Source: Scenedesmus sp. PABB004
Lineage: Eukaryota
DNA length: 64,000 bases
Assembly: GCA_014905635.1 (NCBI GenBank)
Contig: JABVCE010000019.1
Span: 62,001-126,000 of the forward strand
Direction of reading: 5' to 3'
The position numbers and the translations under genes were made by a program. Below are positions 14,740 through 28,160 of the stretch, piece by piece. Numbering within the stretch: position 1 is the first letter of the stretch; every line of letters starts with the position of its first letter. A model generated the notes under the pieces. The model saw only the letters and a list, made by a program, of their open reading frames with translations, searched no databases and was not told the origin of the DNA.

Positions 14740-16138
14740 ATGCTGCTTCGCCCTGACGGGACCTCGCTCCGCCCGGGCAGCGTCGCCGCCGCGCGCCGGT
14801 GCCCGGCCGTGGCGCGGCCCGCGGCAGCAGCGCGGCGCCCCCCGCACGCGCAGCGCCGCGCGGCGGCAGCGGCCGGGCACCACCACCCGCCGCCGCCGCC
14901 GCCGCCCGCGGAAGCCGCCCTGGACCGCCGCGCGCTGCTGCTGGGCCTGCTGGCGAGCGGGCAGCTGGCGCCGCTGCTGGCCGGGCGCGGCGCGGGCGCG
15001 GCCGAGGGCGGCAGCGGCGGCATCACCACCGTCTTTGTCGCCGGCGCGACGGGCAACACGGGGCGCCGCGTCGTGCAGCAGCTGCGCGCGGCCGGGTACC
15101 GCGTCCGGGCGGGCGTGCGGGACGTCAAGAAGGCGCAGTCGCTGGGCTTTGGGCTCGATGGCGGCATCGAGATCGTGCCGGCGGACGTCACGCAGCCCAG
15201 CAGGCGCGGCCCGCCGGCTCTGCGTGCTGCGCCGCGCCGCGCCGCCCGGCCGGCCGCCCGCCCCGCCAGTGACGTGCCGCCGCCGGCCGGCGCCGCCGCC
15301 GCCGCCGCAGCGCGCTCGAGCCGGCCATCCGCGGCGCGCAGGCGGTCATCTGCGCGACCGGCTACAGCGGGTTCAACCCCACCGCGGTGTACACCGTGGA
15401 CGAGGACGTGAGGGCGCGCTGGCGCGGCGGCGGGCGGGGCCCTGCCTCCCCACTTCCCGCTCGCGCCGGCGCCCTCGTCGGCGCAGGCGCGGCGTCGCGC
15501 CGGCTGCGTCCCGCGCCGACGCCCGCCGCGCCCGCCGCGCCGGCGCCGCCGCCCGCCGCGCGTGCCGCGCCAGGGCACGAAGCACCTCGTCGACGCCGCG
15601 CGCGCCGCGGGCGCGGGCCGTTTCGTGCTGCTCTCGTCGCTGCTGACCAACGCGCGCGACGTGGGGCAGGGGAACAACCCAAACTACAAGTTCCTAAACC
15701 TCTTCGGCGGCGTGCTCGACCACAAGCTGGTGCGCCGGTGTGGGGGCAGGGAGCGCGGGGGAGCGCGGGCGACGCGTTGGCGGGCGCGCGGGCGCGGCGC
15801 GGGGCCGCGGGGCGCGCGGGGCGACCCCCGACGCCCTGGCCGGCCGGCCGGCGCAGGCGGCGGAGCGCTACCTGCGCGCGAGCGGGCTGGACTGGACGGT
15901 CGTGCGCCCCGGCGGCCTGAGCTCGGAGCCGCCGGAGGCCGTCGGCCGCCTCGTGGTTCGCGGCGAAGATCAGCTCTTCGGGCTCGACACGGACGTTGGC
16001 CGCGCGGTCAGCCGCGACACGGTGGCAGCGGTGCTCGTCGCGGCGCTGTCGCAGCGCGGCGCGTCCGGCAAAGTCGTCGAGATTGTCGCCAGCCCCGACG
16101 CACCGGAGCTGCCGCAGGAGCGCTGGTTCGACGTCTGA
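14740..16138 (+). CDS. Chloroplast-targeted NAD(P)-binding Rossmann-fold protein (atypical SDR)
   Basis: Transit-like N-terminus, then VFVAGATGNTGRRVV, AVICATG, RFVLLSS, KLAAERYLRASGLDWTVVRPGGL and VSRDTVA. Three introns, the first GC-AG at 15204. Confidence 0.9.
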
Positions 16139-16573
16139 GCGGCCCACAGCCCCGCCGACGCTGGTTCGACGTCTAGGCGGCCTCGCCGGCGCTCGCTCGA
16201 CGTCTGAGCGGCGGCGGGAGGGCCGGGGGCCCGCTCGCCGCCGCCGGCCGCGGCGTCACCCGCGGCGGCAGCGCGCTGCGCGGCGGCAGCGGCGCGGCGC
16301 GGCGCCGCAACTTGCGGCCCGCAAGGCCTCCCTCCGAGCTCTCACCGCGGGTCGTAACCCCGGGTCCCGCTTGAACCTCGCGCACGCGCAGCATCAGAGC
16401 GCGAGATGCCGTTAGGCAGCTGAGCTCGGCTCCTGTGGCGCCGCCTGCCGTGCCGGAGGGCAGTGCGGCCCGGCGAGCGCGGCTACAGGCCGATCCCTCG
16501 CCCCTGACGGTGCCGGCGCGAGCGGAGCTGCTCCTCCGACCGCGCGGCGGGCGACATCTTCATCGCGAGCGTC

Positions 16574-19500
16574 ATGAGCCGCGCCAGCACCACCAGCGCG
16601 CTGAGCGTGGAGCATGTCGATGTCGCTGACATCCACACGCTCCGGCGGCTGTCCAGCACCACAACGACGCAGCGATACACCGTTCAGCCCAAGCGGTGAG
16701 CAGCAGCGGCGGCGGCGCGCAGTGTGTTTCCTGCAGGCGCCGCGCGGGGCGGCCCGCAGCTCCGGATCAGCTTCCCGGGAGTGTCGGGCGTCGCGAGCAC
16801 CGCCGCGCGCCGCACGCCGGCGCACAACGGCGCCGCGTGGCGCGTGCCCACCGCCCGCCGCCTGCTGCTCCGCGCCCGCAGCCGGCGCAATGCGCTCCTG
16901 GGGCTATGGCACTGGTACATCAGCTGGGCCATCCCCGGCCTGGGTGAGCGGCGCCGCGGCGCGCGCGTGCCATGCTGCGCGCGCGCTGTGCGCGGGCCTC
17001 CGCCGCGCTCGCCGCCGATGCCGCCATGCCGCCCCATCAACGCACACGCGCTCCCCGGCCCCGTCCTTCCCCCCAGGCATGTTCAGCGAGGCGTACATCA
17101 TCTTCAGCCTCGGCCTCACCAAGCCGCTGCAGTCGGCGCAGTTCCCAGAGTGCTTCACCACGCACTCGGCGTGCCCGGAGCAGCTAACACACGTGCAGAA
17201 CTACATCCAAATCTGCGGAATCGCCGTCGGTGCGGGCCGGCGCACGCGCAGAGCGGCGCGCCGCGGACGGGGCCGGGCCGGGCCGGACCGCAGCTGCCGC
17301 GCGGGGCGCCGCCGTCGCGCGCGCGCCGAGCGCGCGGGCGCCGCGGGCCCGCGCACACACACAACACGTACACACGCACACACGCGCCCACACACACAAC
17401 ACACACACAACACGCACCCTCCCTTCCCGACAGGCATGCTCTTCTTCGGCGCGCTCGGCGACATCATCGGCCGCCGCTGGGGCAGCCGCGTCGTCGCGAG
17501 CATCATGCTCACCGGCTCCATCCTGCTGACCTTCTCGCCTCTCATCCCCAACCCGGCGACCTTCCTCAACTTTTACATCTTCGCCGCGACCTGGTGCGCC
17601 GCGCAGGACGGTGGCGGCGCGCCGCGCAGGACGGCGGCGGCGCGCCTCGCAGGGCGGCGGCGGCCCGCGCGCGCGCGGCGTCCCGCAAGCAGACGCCCCA
17701 TGCGCCGCGCGTCCTGCACACGCCCTGCGAGCGCCCACCCGCCGCGCGCGCCGCGCCGCGCAGGTACGGCTTTGGCGTGGGCGGCGAGTACCCGATGGCC
17801 TCTGCCTCGGCCGCGGAGCGCAGCCAGTCGGACGCGTCGCTGCGCCACCGCCGCGGCGAGCAGGTCGTGCTCACCTTCAGCGGCCAGGGTGCGCCCCTGC
17901 GCCGGCGCGCCGCGCCCTGCGCCGGCGGCCCGCCGCGCGCGCCCTGCGCGCCCTGCACGCCCTGCACGGCTCGCACACGCGCCCATGGCTCGCACACACA
18001 CGCCCGCACGCCAGGCATGGGCAACCTGGTCAACGGCTGCGTCATCCTCATCTGCATGGCCATGTTTGGCCTCACCGGCTCCAAGCTCGACCCGACCGCG
18101 AGCCGCAACGTGGTCATGATCCAGTTTGCCGTCGGCGCCGCGGTGTCGCTCTTCATGGTGCTCTGGCGTTACTTCAAGCTCAAGGAGTCCAAGGCGCGGC
18201 GGCGCAGCGCCGGCGGGAGCAGCGCGGGCGGGCGCAGCGCCGGCCGGCGCGGGCGCGCGAGCGCGGCGCGCGCGGGGCGTACGGCGCGGCGTGCGCGACG
18301 GGGGCGGGCGCCCGACCCGCGGCCGGCGTGCGCGGCGCGCAGGTGTGGGAGAGCGAGCACGAGGACTTTGACGAGCTCACGACCAAGGTGAAGCGGTGGC
18401 CGACACGGCGCGCCGCGCCGCCTGCCGGCGGCCGCGGGGCGCGCTCACGCCGCGCCGCCCGCTGGCCCGCGCCGCCGCGCGTCACAAGCTTAACCCTAAA
18501 CACCGGCGCCTGAACCCCGCCCCCTGTGCAGGTCGCGCACAAGTCGAAGCGCTACGAGACGGTCAACGCGATCCGCCACTTCTGGCCGCGCCTCGTCGCG
18601 ACGAGCCTCGCGTGGGTCGTCAACGACCTCGCCTTTTACGGCAACAAGCTCTTCCAGTCGACCTTCATCGTGAGCCCTTTGCTTCGTGCTGTTGTGTCTG
18701 GGCCTCTGCTGGCGCTTGGATGGGGGTCGGGGGGTGCTCAGCGGGGCCGCCACCGACCAACACTTGACCCACCGACCAAAACCTCCGCCCGCGCCGCCGC
18801 CGCACGTGCCGCGCAGGCGCTGCTGTACCCGAACGCGACGCAGTTTGAGCGCATGCAGTGGACCGTGCTCAACAGCACCGTCTCCCTCGCCGGCTACTTC
18901 TGCGCCGCGGCGCTCGTGGACAAGCCCTGGTGTGCCTGCCTGCCGCGCCGCGCGCACCGCGCGCACCGCGCGCACCGCGCGCACCGCGCGCCGCGCCGCG
19001 CCCGCCTGCCCGCCCGCCCGCCCGCCCCCGCCCCCGCGTTGACCCCGACTCGCCCACGCTGCCGCCGCAGGTACGGGCGCTGCCGCATGCAGAGCATCGG
19101 TTTCATCATGATGTGAGCCCCGCCGCACCGCCGCGCCGCGCCCGGGCCCGCACGCTCTCGCGCCCCCCCCCCTCTCGCGCTCGCCCGCTCGCCCGCCGCG
19201 CGCCTCTCACGCCCGCCCGCCCGCCCGCCCGCCCGCCCGCCGTCCCCCAAACCCTGAACCCTGCCTGAACCCTGAACCCTGAACCCTGTAATCAAGGTTT
19301 GTGCTCTTCATCATCTGCGCCGCCGCGTTCCCCATCCTCACCGCGAGCGCGTCGGGGCTGCGGGCCTTCCAGTTCCTCTACTTCTTCAGCTCCTTCTGGA
19401 ACCAGTTCGGGTGCGTTTGAATTTCAAATTCAAACGCACAGGAGGCGTTGTTTGCCGCGGGCGCCGCGTGGCCGCGAAAAAAAGGAATAAAAAGGAATAC

Positions 19501-20481
19501 AACATAAAACAAACGACGACGCGCCGTCGCCGCGCCGCGCAGGCCCAACTGCACGACCTGGCTCGTCGCGGCCGAGGTGTACCCCACCGACGTGCGCGCG
19601 ACGTTCCAGGGCTTCAGTGCCGCGATGGGCAAGGTCGGCGCGATCGTGGCCGACGTGGCGTTCAGCTACGTCACCCAGGCGCGCCGGCGGCGCGGCGCGG
19701 CGGCGCGGCGCTGGCGGCGCCATCGCCGGCGGTTTTTGATCATTGGAGCGTGCGGTCGCGCCGCGCGCCGCTCCCCTGGAGTCTCACGCGCCGCTGCCAC
19801 CGCCGCCGCCGCCCCGCTCCACCTCCTCCCCGCTCCCGCCCCGCAGCGCACCACGTTCTACATGTCTGCCGCGTCGGGCCTCATCGGCTGGGCGGTGACC
19901 TGGGCGTTCCTGCCCGACACGACCGGCCTCTCCCTGGACGAGCTCGACCGCATGGCCAAGTGCGCCGCCGCGCGGCCGCCGCACGGGGGGCGGCAGCGGG
20001 GCGAACGGCAGGCGCTGGCAGGCGCCGGCGGCCAGGCGGCAGCACGGGGGCAGGCGGCGCGCTGCGCCGCGCTGACCGCCCCGCCGCGCCGCTGCCAAAA
20101 CCCCAAACCCTGGACCCTGCAGGTACATGCTCGCGGGCGAGTTTGAGCACTACCACGGCGAGGCGATCAACCCCCGCCACCTCAGCACCTACGAAAAGTG
20201 CGCCCCGCCGCCGCCTGCCCGCGCGCCGCGCCCGCCGCCTGCCCGCGCGCCGCTCTGCCGCATGCGCACACGCGCGCCTCGCCCGCGCTCACGCACGCGC
20301 TCACGCGCCGCCCGCGCCGCCGCTCGCTCGCGCGCCGCACGTGCACAGGTGGGTGCTCAAGTGGCACCGGCACTACGACCCCGTCATGGACGGCCGCCAC
20401 CGCAAGGTGCAGTTCGCGCCCGCGATGACCGCGGTGGAGGAGGAGGTCGCGCGCGCAGCAAAGGACGTCGTCACGTCTTGA
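16574..20481 (+). CDS. H+/inorganic phosphate symporter, MFS PHT1/PHO84 (algal PTA-type) family
   Basis: About 15 exons give [74 protein letters not shown] and PDTTGLSLDEL. Start codon tentative. Confidence 0.92.
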
Positions 20482-21182
20482 GGCGCCGCGCACGCCGCGC
20501 CGCGCCGCGCGTCGCCCCGTCGCTCACGCCGGGGGCGGCCGCGGCGGAGGCGGCGGCGGCCGCGCGCTCCGGGCACGCGGCGGCGGCAGGCGACGGCGCC
20601 GCCGCCGCGCCGGCGGGGACGGCGGCGCTGCCTCGCGCGAGGCGGCGGCCGGCCGGCGGGCGGGGGCGCCGCTGCGCGCGGCGTTGCCGCCGGCGAGGGC
20701 GCTGACGCTGCTGTGGGGCTCGTGGACGTAGCTATGCGCAGCTCGGCGTGCTGGGTGGAGGGTCTTCTTTTGCACTGTTAGTTCTCACGGACGCCAATCA
20801 AGGGGTCCGCGCGCGCCGCGCGCGTGCGCCCGTGAACGTGGCGCCACGGCGCCGGTGCTGTGCGAGCGGCGCCGCAGTCTTGGGGTGGCGGGGAGGGTCC
20901 CGGGGCGAATACGCGTGCGGCCCTGTACAAAGTAGCTGGTGGCGATTGATTGATTGTGCGCGGGCTCCGGCTTGTGTGACAAAGGTCAGGGCGCGGTCCG
21001 GCCGTCGCGCCGCGCCGCGGCGCTTTGGCCGCCCTGGACCGCCGCGGCGCAGCGCGCGCCGTGCGCCGGAGAGGCGGCTCTGCGGCCAGCGGCGCGCCAG
21101 CAGCGGCGCCAGCAGCGGCGGCGCAGGCGCACCCGCGCGGCAGCAGCGTGCGCGGCAGCGGCGAGCGCCGACCGGGCGCCGC

Positions 21183-22320
21183 ATGCCCGGCGCGCGGCCG
21201 CTGCGAGTCTGCAGCCTCACCGCCCAGCTACTGCCCTACGTGCGGGGGCTGGCCCTGCAGGAGGCGCTCGTGGCGGCGCGGCGGGCGGGCGCGGCGCCCG
21301 ACACGCTGCTGCTGGTGCAGGTGCGGCCTGGCGGGCCCGGGCCCGGGTCGTGTGACGGCCGGCCGACCTCTCGGGTGACGCCCCGCCCGCAGCACGCGCC
21401 CGTGTTCACCATCGGCAAGCGCGGCTCGGAGGCCGACTTCTTCACGCACCCCGAGGCGAGCCCTGGGGGCCCTGGCACCGCGCCCAGGGCTGCCGCGCGC
21501 TGCCCGCCAGCTCCTGGCCGGCGGGCGGCATCGGCAGCGGCGGCGGCCGCCGGCGGCGGCCCGCGTGCCGGCAGCGTGCTGCCGGCAGCACGCCGCGCCG
21601 CGCTGCAGGGCCCGCCCGCGCGCCGCCCGCGGCGCGGCGCTGCCGAGCCGCCGCGGCCACCGGGCGCGCGCGCCCGCAGGCGCTGCGGCGGCGCGGCGTG
21701 GACGTCGTGGTCGTGCCGCGCGGCGGCGAGACGACGTACCACGGCCCCGGGCAGCTCGTCGCGTACCCCATCTTTGGCCTGCGCGGCCTCGGCCTCGGCG
21801 CGCGCGCGTTCGTGGAGGGCCTGGAGGACGCCATGGTGCTCACCGCGGGCTGCCTCGGCGTGCAGGCGCGGCGCGGCGCGGCGCGGGGGCGGCGCGGCGC
21901 GCGCGAGGGCAGCGCCGGGCAGCACGGCACGCGTCGCACGGCGGAGCACGGCGCGGCGCGCCTGCGCGGCCCGCGCCGCGCGCCGCGCAGGCGCGTGGCC
22001 GCGTGCCCGGCAAGCCGGGCGTGTGGGTCGGCGACCGCAAGCTCGGCGCCGTCGGCGTGCGCATCGCGCACGGCGTGAGCAGCCACGGCCTGGCGCTCAA
22101 CGTCGCCACGCCGCTGGAGCGCTACCGGGACATCGTGCCGTGCGGCACGCCGGACAAGGAGGTCACCTCGCTCGCGCGCGAGCTCGGCGCCGCGCCACCG
22201 CCGGCGCTCGAAGCGGTCGAGGCGGCGCTCGTGCGCAGCGTCGCGCGCGTGTTTGGCTTCGACGCGCCGCGCGCCACGGCAGCGGACCAGCTGCTGCCGC
22301 CGCCGCCGCCGGCGCGCTGA
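21183..22320 (+). CDS. LIP2: Octanoyltransferase (lipoyl-protein ligase B)
   Basis: LLLVQHAPVFTIGKR, RGGETTYHGPGQLVAYPI, GVWVGDRKLGAVGV, SSHGLALNV and IVPCG. Two of three introns are GC-AG. Confidence 0.93.
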
Positions 22321-23069
22321 GACCGCGCCGCGCCGTGCGAGGGGCACCGCCCGCCGGGGCGGGTGCGTGCAACCGGAGCTGATCTACGGTTGCAACGACC
22401 GCGTCCCCGGCCGCGAAATCATATCTGTCAGATAGCGAGCGCCGCCGCGAGGGGCGCGAGGGGTCGAGGGGTCGCCCGGCTGGGGCCCACCCGCCCGCGC
22501 CACAAAGCTAGGCAGGCCTCGCACGTAGACGTTGACACGCGCGCCCCGTAGATCAGCTCTCGCGCCAGCTGGTGCTGCAGCAGCGCGCGCCCCCGCCCCG
22601 CGAGCGCTCCCGCGCTCCGCAGCGCGCCCGCGTTTGTCCGGCGCGCTCCTGGACGTTCCCCGCGCCCTCACGGTGCGCGCCCAGGCCGCGGCGACGCGCG
22701 GCGACGCGGGATTGGGCGATTCGCGCCCGCCACACGCGCTCGCGCGTCACCGCGCCCCCTGCTCACGAGCCCCGCGCCGGCCGCTGCCCGACTCGCAGAA
22801 GACGCGCTTCCTCCCACCCACGGCGCCGCGCGGCCGGCGGTGCGGCGCGGCCGGGGGCCCGCGGAATGGGGGGGCGCGCCGGCCCGCCGATCGCGGCGCG
22901 CTCGCCGCGCGGGCCCGACGCGCCGCACTGACGCTGCTCCCTCGCCCCGCCACCCGCCGCGCAGGGCGTAGCGACGCCCCCGCAGCGCATGGCGCGGCGG
23001 TGCCCGGCCTGATCGGTTTGCTCGCCCGGTGCCCGGCCCTCGGCTCGGCCCGCCCTCGCGGAGCATGCC

Positions 23070-26000
23070 ATGAGCGCGTGCAGCCAGAGCCTCTACTCCG
23101 GAGGCTTCGGCGGCAGCGGCGGCGCGCTCTGGCAGGGCGGCCAGGCGGGCGGCTGGGGCGGCGGCGTCGCCACGCAGGTCTGCGGCGGCGCCAAGGCCGC
23201 GCACGGCTACGGCGGCGGCGCCTACTGCGGCGTGTCGCCAGGTGCGGCCTGCGACCGCCCGGTGCAGCGCGGCGCGGTGGCGCACGCAGCGCGGCCGGGC
23301 GCAGAGTCGCGCTGTGCTGCGCGCGCCGCGCCGCGCCGAGGCGGCGCCAGCCGCCGCTGCGCGCCCTCACCCCGCGGCGCCGCGCCTGCACCCGCGCCGC
23401 AGGCTCCTACTCTAGCGGCGGCGGCTTTGCGGGCGCGGCGGCCCCGCCGTCGGCGCTGCTCGACGGCGCGCTCGCCGCCGCCATGAGCGGCGGCGGCGGC
23501 GGCGGCCTGGGCGGCGGCCTGGGCGGTGGCCACAGCGCCTCGCCGCTCGGCAGGGAGGCGGCCGGCATGGCCATCAGCCCCCTCGCCGCGCGGGCGCAGG
23601 AGGCGCACGCGCGCGCGCGCGCGGCCGCGCACGCCGAGGCGGCGCATGCGCACGCGGCGGCGCAGGCGCAGGCTGCCGCCGCCGCCGCGGTGGCCGAGGC
23701 CGAGGCGACCAGCATGCTGTACGGGCACTTCAGGAGCCGGCAGGTGGCGCAGCAGCCCCACGGCGCGCCCACGGCGCGCGGGCGCGGCGACGGCGCGGCC
23801 GCGGCGGCGCACCAGCGCGCGCTGGACCACCAGGCCGTGCTGCTCGCGCGCCAGCAGGCGGCGCTGCAGCGCCAGCAGGCGGAGGCCGCGGCGGGGGCGG
23901 CCGCGCTCGCGCGCGCGCGCGCGGCGGCGGCCGCGGCGGCCCAGGAGCACGCGGCGGCGCTCGCGGCGGCGCGCGCGTGCGCGCCGCGCAGCGTCGCGGC
24001 GGGCCCGTCGGGCGCCAGCAGCGGCAGCCAACTCAGCGACGCCACGCGCATGTGTGCGATGTACGGCAGCTGCAAGACCAGCGCGCAGCAGCAGCAGCAG
24101 CAGCAGCTGCACGCGCAGCAGCAGCAGCTGTGGGCCGGCGCGGGCGGCCCCGCGGCGCGCCTGCCGCCGCGGCCCGCGCCCGCGCGCGGCGGCGGCGCCT
24201 GGGCCGGCCGCGCGCCCGGCGCGGCGGCGGCCGCGCCGCCCGCGCCCGCGGCGCCCGGCCGCGCGTGGGCGGTGCTCGAGGCGCCGCGCGCCGGCAGCCT
24301 CGACTCGGACGCCGGCAGCGGCGGCCTCGCGCTCGAGTGCGACGAGGACCTGATGCTGAGCCTGGAGCCGGACGCCGCGACCGGGCCGGCGCCCGCGCCC
24401 TGGGGCCGCTCGGTCTGGGGCGGCCGCGCGCGCGACGCGCCCGGCGCCGCCGCGGCGCCGCCGCCGCGGTACGAGTTTGACACGCGCGAGCTCGAGGCGG
24501 AGCTGTGCGAGCTCATCGAGGACAGCGGCTCCACCGCCAGCCGCAGCGAGGGCTGCTTCCCGAGCGACGACATGCAGGACGACGAGGAGGAGGAGGAGGA
24601 GCTGGAGGCGGCGCGCGGCGGCGGCATGGCGCGCGCCGACGGCGCGGCGCTCGTCGCGGCGCGCGCCGCCGCGGTCGCGGCGCAGCAGGCGGCGGCGGCC
24701 AAGCAGTCGGTCATGCTCCAGGCGCGTCGCGCGCCGCGCGCCAATGAGTGCAGTGCACACCGCGCGCGCGCCGCGCACGCCCCCACACCCCGCCGCCGCG
24801 CCGCCGCCGCGCGCAGGTGCTTGGCCGCGTCGGCGCGCAGCGCAAGGGCGCGGCCGTGCTCACCGCGCCGCCGTCGGCCGCGGCGGCCGCGGGCGCCGCC
24901 TCGGCGCGGCGCCGGCTGCTGGTGACCGAGGTGTCGGTCTACGCCGACGCCGCGTGCGCGAGCGGGCTCGCGCTGGAGCAGGCCAACCGGCTCCTCGCCC
25001 GCATGGCGCTCCCGGGTGCGCGCCGCCGCGCTCGCACGACGACCCATCCTCGCTCGCGCGCGCCTGCGGAGCCCTCCGACACCCTCTGACACCCCCCCCC
25101 CCCACACACACACACTCACTCACACACACACTCGCCGCGCCGCGCCGCGCCGCGCGCAGACGGCGTGGCCTTCCGCCCCGTGCGCACCGACGGCTTCCTG
25201 TTCAAGGCCGGCGCGGCGTGGCAGTTCCCCGCCTTTGTCATCGCCCTCGGCTGCAGCTACCTGCAGCGCATGCTCGCGCGCCTCCCGCAGCTCGCCGACG
25301 CGGCGGCCGCGTGCCCCGGGTTCGAGGAGTACGCGCCGCCGCCGCCGCCGCCCGCGCACCGCCTCCGCGAGGTGCGGGTGCCGCGCGCGCCCGCGCGCAG
25401 GCTTTGCTGCTGCCGCCGCGCTGCGCCGCGCCGCCGCGGACGGCGCCGCATGAGCGCGCCCGCTCCTGCCCCCGCCCCGGCGCTCCGCGCCGCAGCCCGG
25501 GCGCGCGCCGTCGGCGCGGCTGGCCGGCGCCGAGGCGGCGAGCACGCTGGCGACGCTGCGCAGCGTGCAGTTCACGTGCCTCTTCCTGGCCACCAAGGTC
25601 GCCGACCAGGTCCGGCCCTCGCGCCCGCCGCCCGCGCCCGCGCCGGGGGCGGCCGCCGGCTCGCCGCCGGCGGCTGGCAGCAGCGCGCCGCCGCGCCGCG
25701 CCGGCCGCACCCGCCGCGGGCCCTCCGCCGCCGCCGCCGCCCTCTCATACACACCATCACGCCGCCCTCCCAGGTGCACGCGCTGGGGCTGCTGCGCTTC
25801 ATGCTCACCCAGCTGAGCCACAACGGCGCGGTCGTGAGCGCGGCGCAGGCCGCCGACGTGGAGGCGCGCTGCCTCGACGCGCTCGGCTGGCGGCTGGGGC
25901 CCTTCTTCATTGAGGACGCGCTCACCGGTGCGCCGCGCGCCGCGCGCTGTGCGCTGTGCGCCGCGCGCTGTGCGCTGTGCGCTGTGCGCTGTGCGCTGTG

Positions 26001-26210
26001 CGCTGCGCGCCGCGCCGCGGGGCCCGCGCCGCCCGCCCGCCCGGCCGCGACGCCGGGCGCTGCGCCGTCTTCTAGCTGCCGCGCCAAGTTCTGAGCATCG
26101 CTCCCTGCGCGCCCCGGCGTGCCGCAGGCGACGACGAGGAGCTGTGGGCGGAGGCCATGGGCCACTGGCACTACGGCACGTCCGCCGACTCCTACCCGGA
26201 GACCTATTGA
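23070..26210 (+). CDS. Divergent cyclin-box protein with a long disordered N-terminus
   Basis: C-terminal exons give ALGCSYLQRML, VQFTCLFLATKVADQ and DVEARCLDALGWRL, matching cyclin N-box helices with the conserved K and E. Stop TGA at 26208-26210. Confidence 0.6.
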
Positions 26211-28160
26211 GCCCGCCCGCCCGCCGGCGCCCCGCCGCACGCCCGACGCAGCATGCGCGCGCCCGAGCGCGCCGCACGGCGCCGCGCGCGGCGCGCCTGA
26301 GGTGTGGCCTTTTCGTAGCCAGCCGTTTTGGGCCTCCCCGGCGTCTTTAGGTCGGAGGCAGAGTTTTTGTAGCTTCTGTAGCCTGACGCAGCAGGCGGGC
26401 AGCGCCGCACCGCGGCGCGTGCCGGCGTGCCGCGCCCGCGCCCCGCAACTCTCGCGCGTCTGCGTCTGCGTGCGTGCGCTGCAGCGACTTGTGTGTGTGT
26501 GGGCGGGCAAGGCGGGCGCTTGGTCTCTTGCCGCGCGCGCCTGCGCCGCGGCGGTCGCGCGGCCTTGGCGGCCTGAGGGCGCCTGTCTCGCAGGCCCCCT
26601 ACGTATTTGTGGGGAGTTCTCCGTCGCTTTGTTTTTGCCGGGGCCCATCTAGACCAATGGGAGCACACTGCGTGCCTGGATGCCGATCCGTCGCTTGCAG
26701 GTGCCTCTCCGCTCCCTCCTGCCCTGCGGGCGCTGACGGCGCGATGACGGCCCGCGCGCATGCTGACCGCGCGCTGCGCCCGACGGCACGACAGACAGAC
26801 CTGCTTGCGCCCGGCCCCGCAACGACATGCGGCGGCCGGGCGCGGCGCGCGCTCTGCGGTGCTCTGCCTCGCCGCCGGCCCGCCCGCGTGCGTCTGCGCG
26901 CGGCGGGCCGCGCTCGGCGCGAGCGGCCGCACCAATCCGTCCCTCACTGGCCGGCGTCCGGATCGGTCTGCACCGGGCACTCCGGGAGATGGGGCCTGCT
27001 GAAGAACCAGCTATCGGCGCGCCACCCCGGTGCACGCTGCCTCCGGCCGCGTGCGCGGAGCGCCCCGCGCTCCGCACGCAGGCCGCATGCGAGGGAGCAG
27101 CGCGGGCCGCAGCCTCGGCCCAGGAGTTCTTCGAGTGCCTAGCTTTAGGTGTGAGCCACAGTGCTCTGCGAAGCCGCGCCTGCTGCTTGCTTTTGTGCCT
27201 TGCTGTCTCTTGCCGGGGAACGCCGCGTGTGTGTGCACTGCTCTTGCAAGTTGTCAGGTCAGGCAGTATTCTTGCCAAGTTGTCAGGTCAGTGCGCCTGT
27301 TCAGTGTGTCTGCTCGCCCCCCCCCCCCCCCCTGCCTCGCCTCGCCCCGGCGCGGGCGCGGGCTCGCCCACCCACCCCCTGCGCGCGGTGCGCGCCTAGT
27401 GGTTAGCCTAGCAGCAGCGGGCGGCGGGCGCGGGGGGCGGCCTCGGCCAAGGGCGGCCGGGGCCGTCCGGCGCCAGGAGTAGATCAGACGCGGCAGCGCG
27501 CGGAGGAAGCACTGCTGCTCAACCGACCAAGGCGTGCGGCACTGCTCAAATACTGATGCGGGCGGGGGTCGAGCGGGGGTCAAGCGAGTTGGCTGCGGGC
27601 TGCCAGGCTCTCTCTCTCTGACAGCACGGCGGCGCGGGCGGCGGCGCACGCCTCTGCTCCTCCTGCCAGGGAGCTGCCGCCGCCCGCGTGCGCGGTGGGC
27701 GGGGAAGCGTTGCCGCGGCGGGCGGGGGTGAGAAGGTTGGGCTGGCGAACGGCACGGTGGGCGGGTGGGCGGTTGGTTGTCGGCGCGTCGAATGCAGGGG
27801 CAGCAGCGGGGCACGTGCCTGCCTGCCCCGCCACGCCATCGGTCAACGCCGGCGCTGGTCACGTCATGAGCGCGCGCGCGCGCGCCCTTGCCAACAGTGG
27901 CCGCGCGGTGGCGCAGAGTTGTTTGTTCGTTTGTGTGGCGCACAGCACGGGTCAGTCAGTCGGGGCCTGACTGCTCGCTTTTCACGCGGTTGGCGCGCGC
28001 TGTCGCAGCGGCGCCTGGCGGCCGGCGCGCGGGTGCACTCTTGCGTGTTGCTCGGTCGGTCCCCAAGTGCCTGCCGCTGCTTTGCCTTTTGCTTTGCGCG
28101 CCGCCTGCAACGCGACGAGTTGCGCCCACCGGTCAGCCCCCCACGCCGACTCCGCCGCGC

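Noticed and set aside
19416..19515. AT-rich intronic patches (TTTGAATTTCAAATTCAAA, A-rich run; also (TTTTG)n at 1116-1143)
   Set aside because: These are short low-complexity sequences with no TSD or supported structure.
26650..28000. Exon-like fragments (WGLLKNQLSARHP, AQEFFECL on plus; VFEQCRTPWSVEQQCFLR on minus)
   Set aside because: I could not assemble a coherent gene model or recognise a family.
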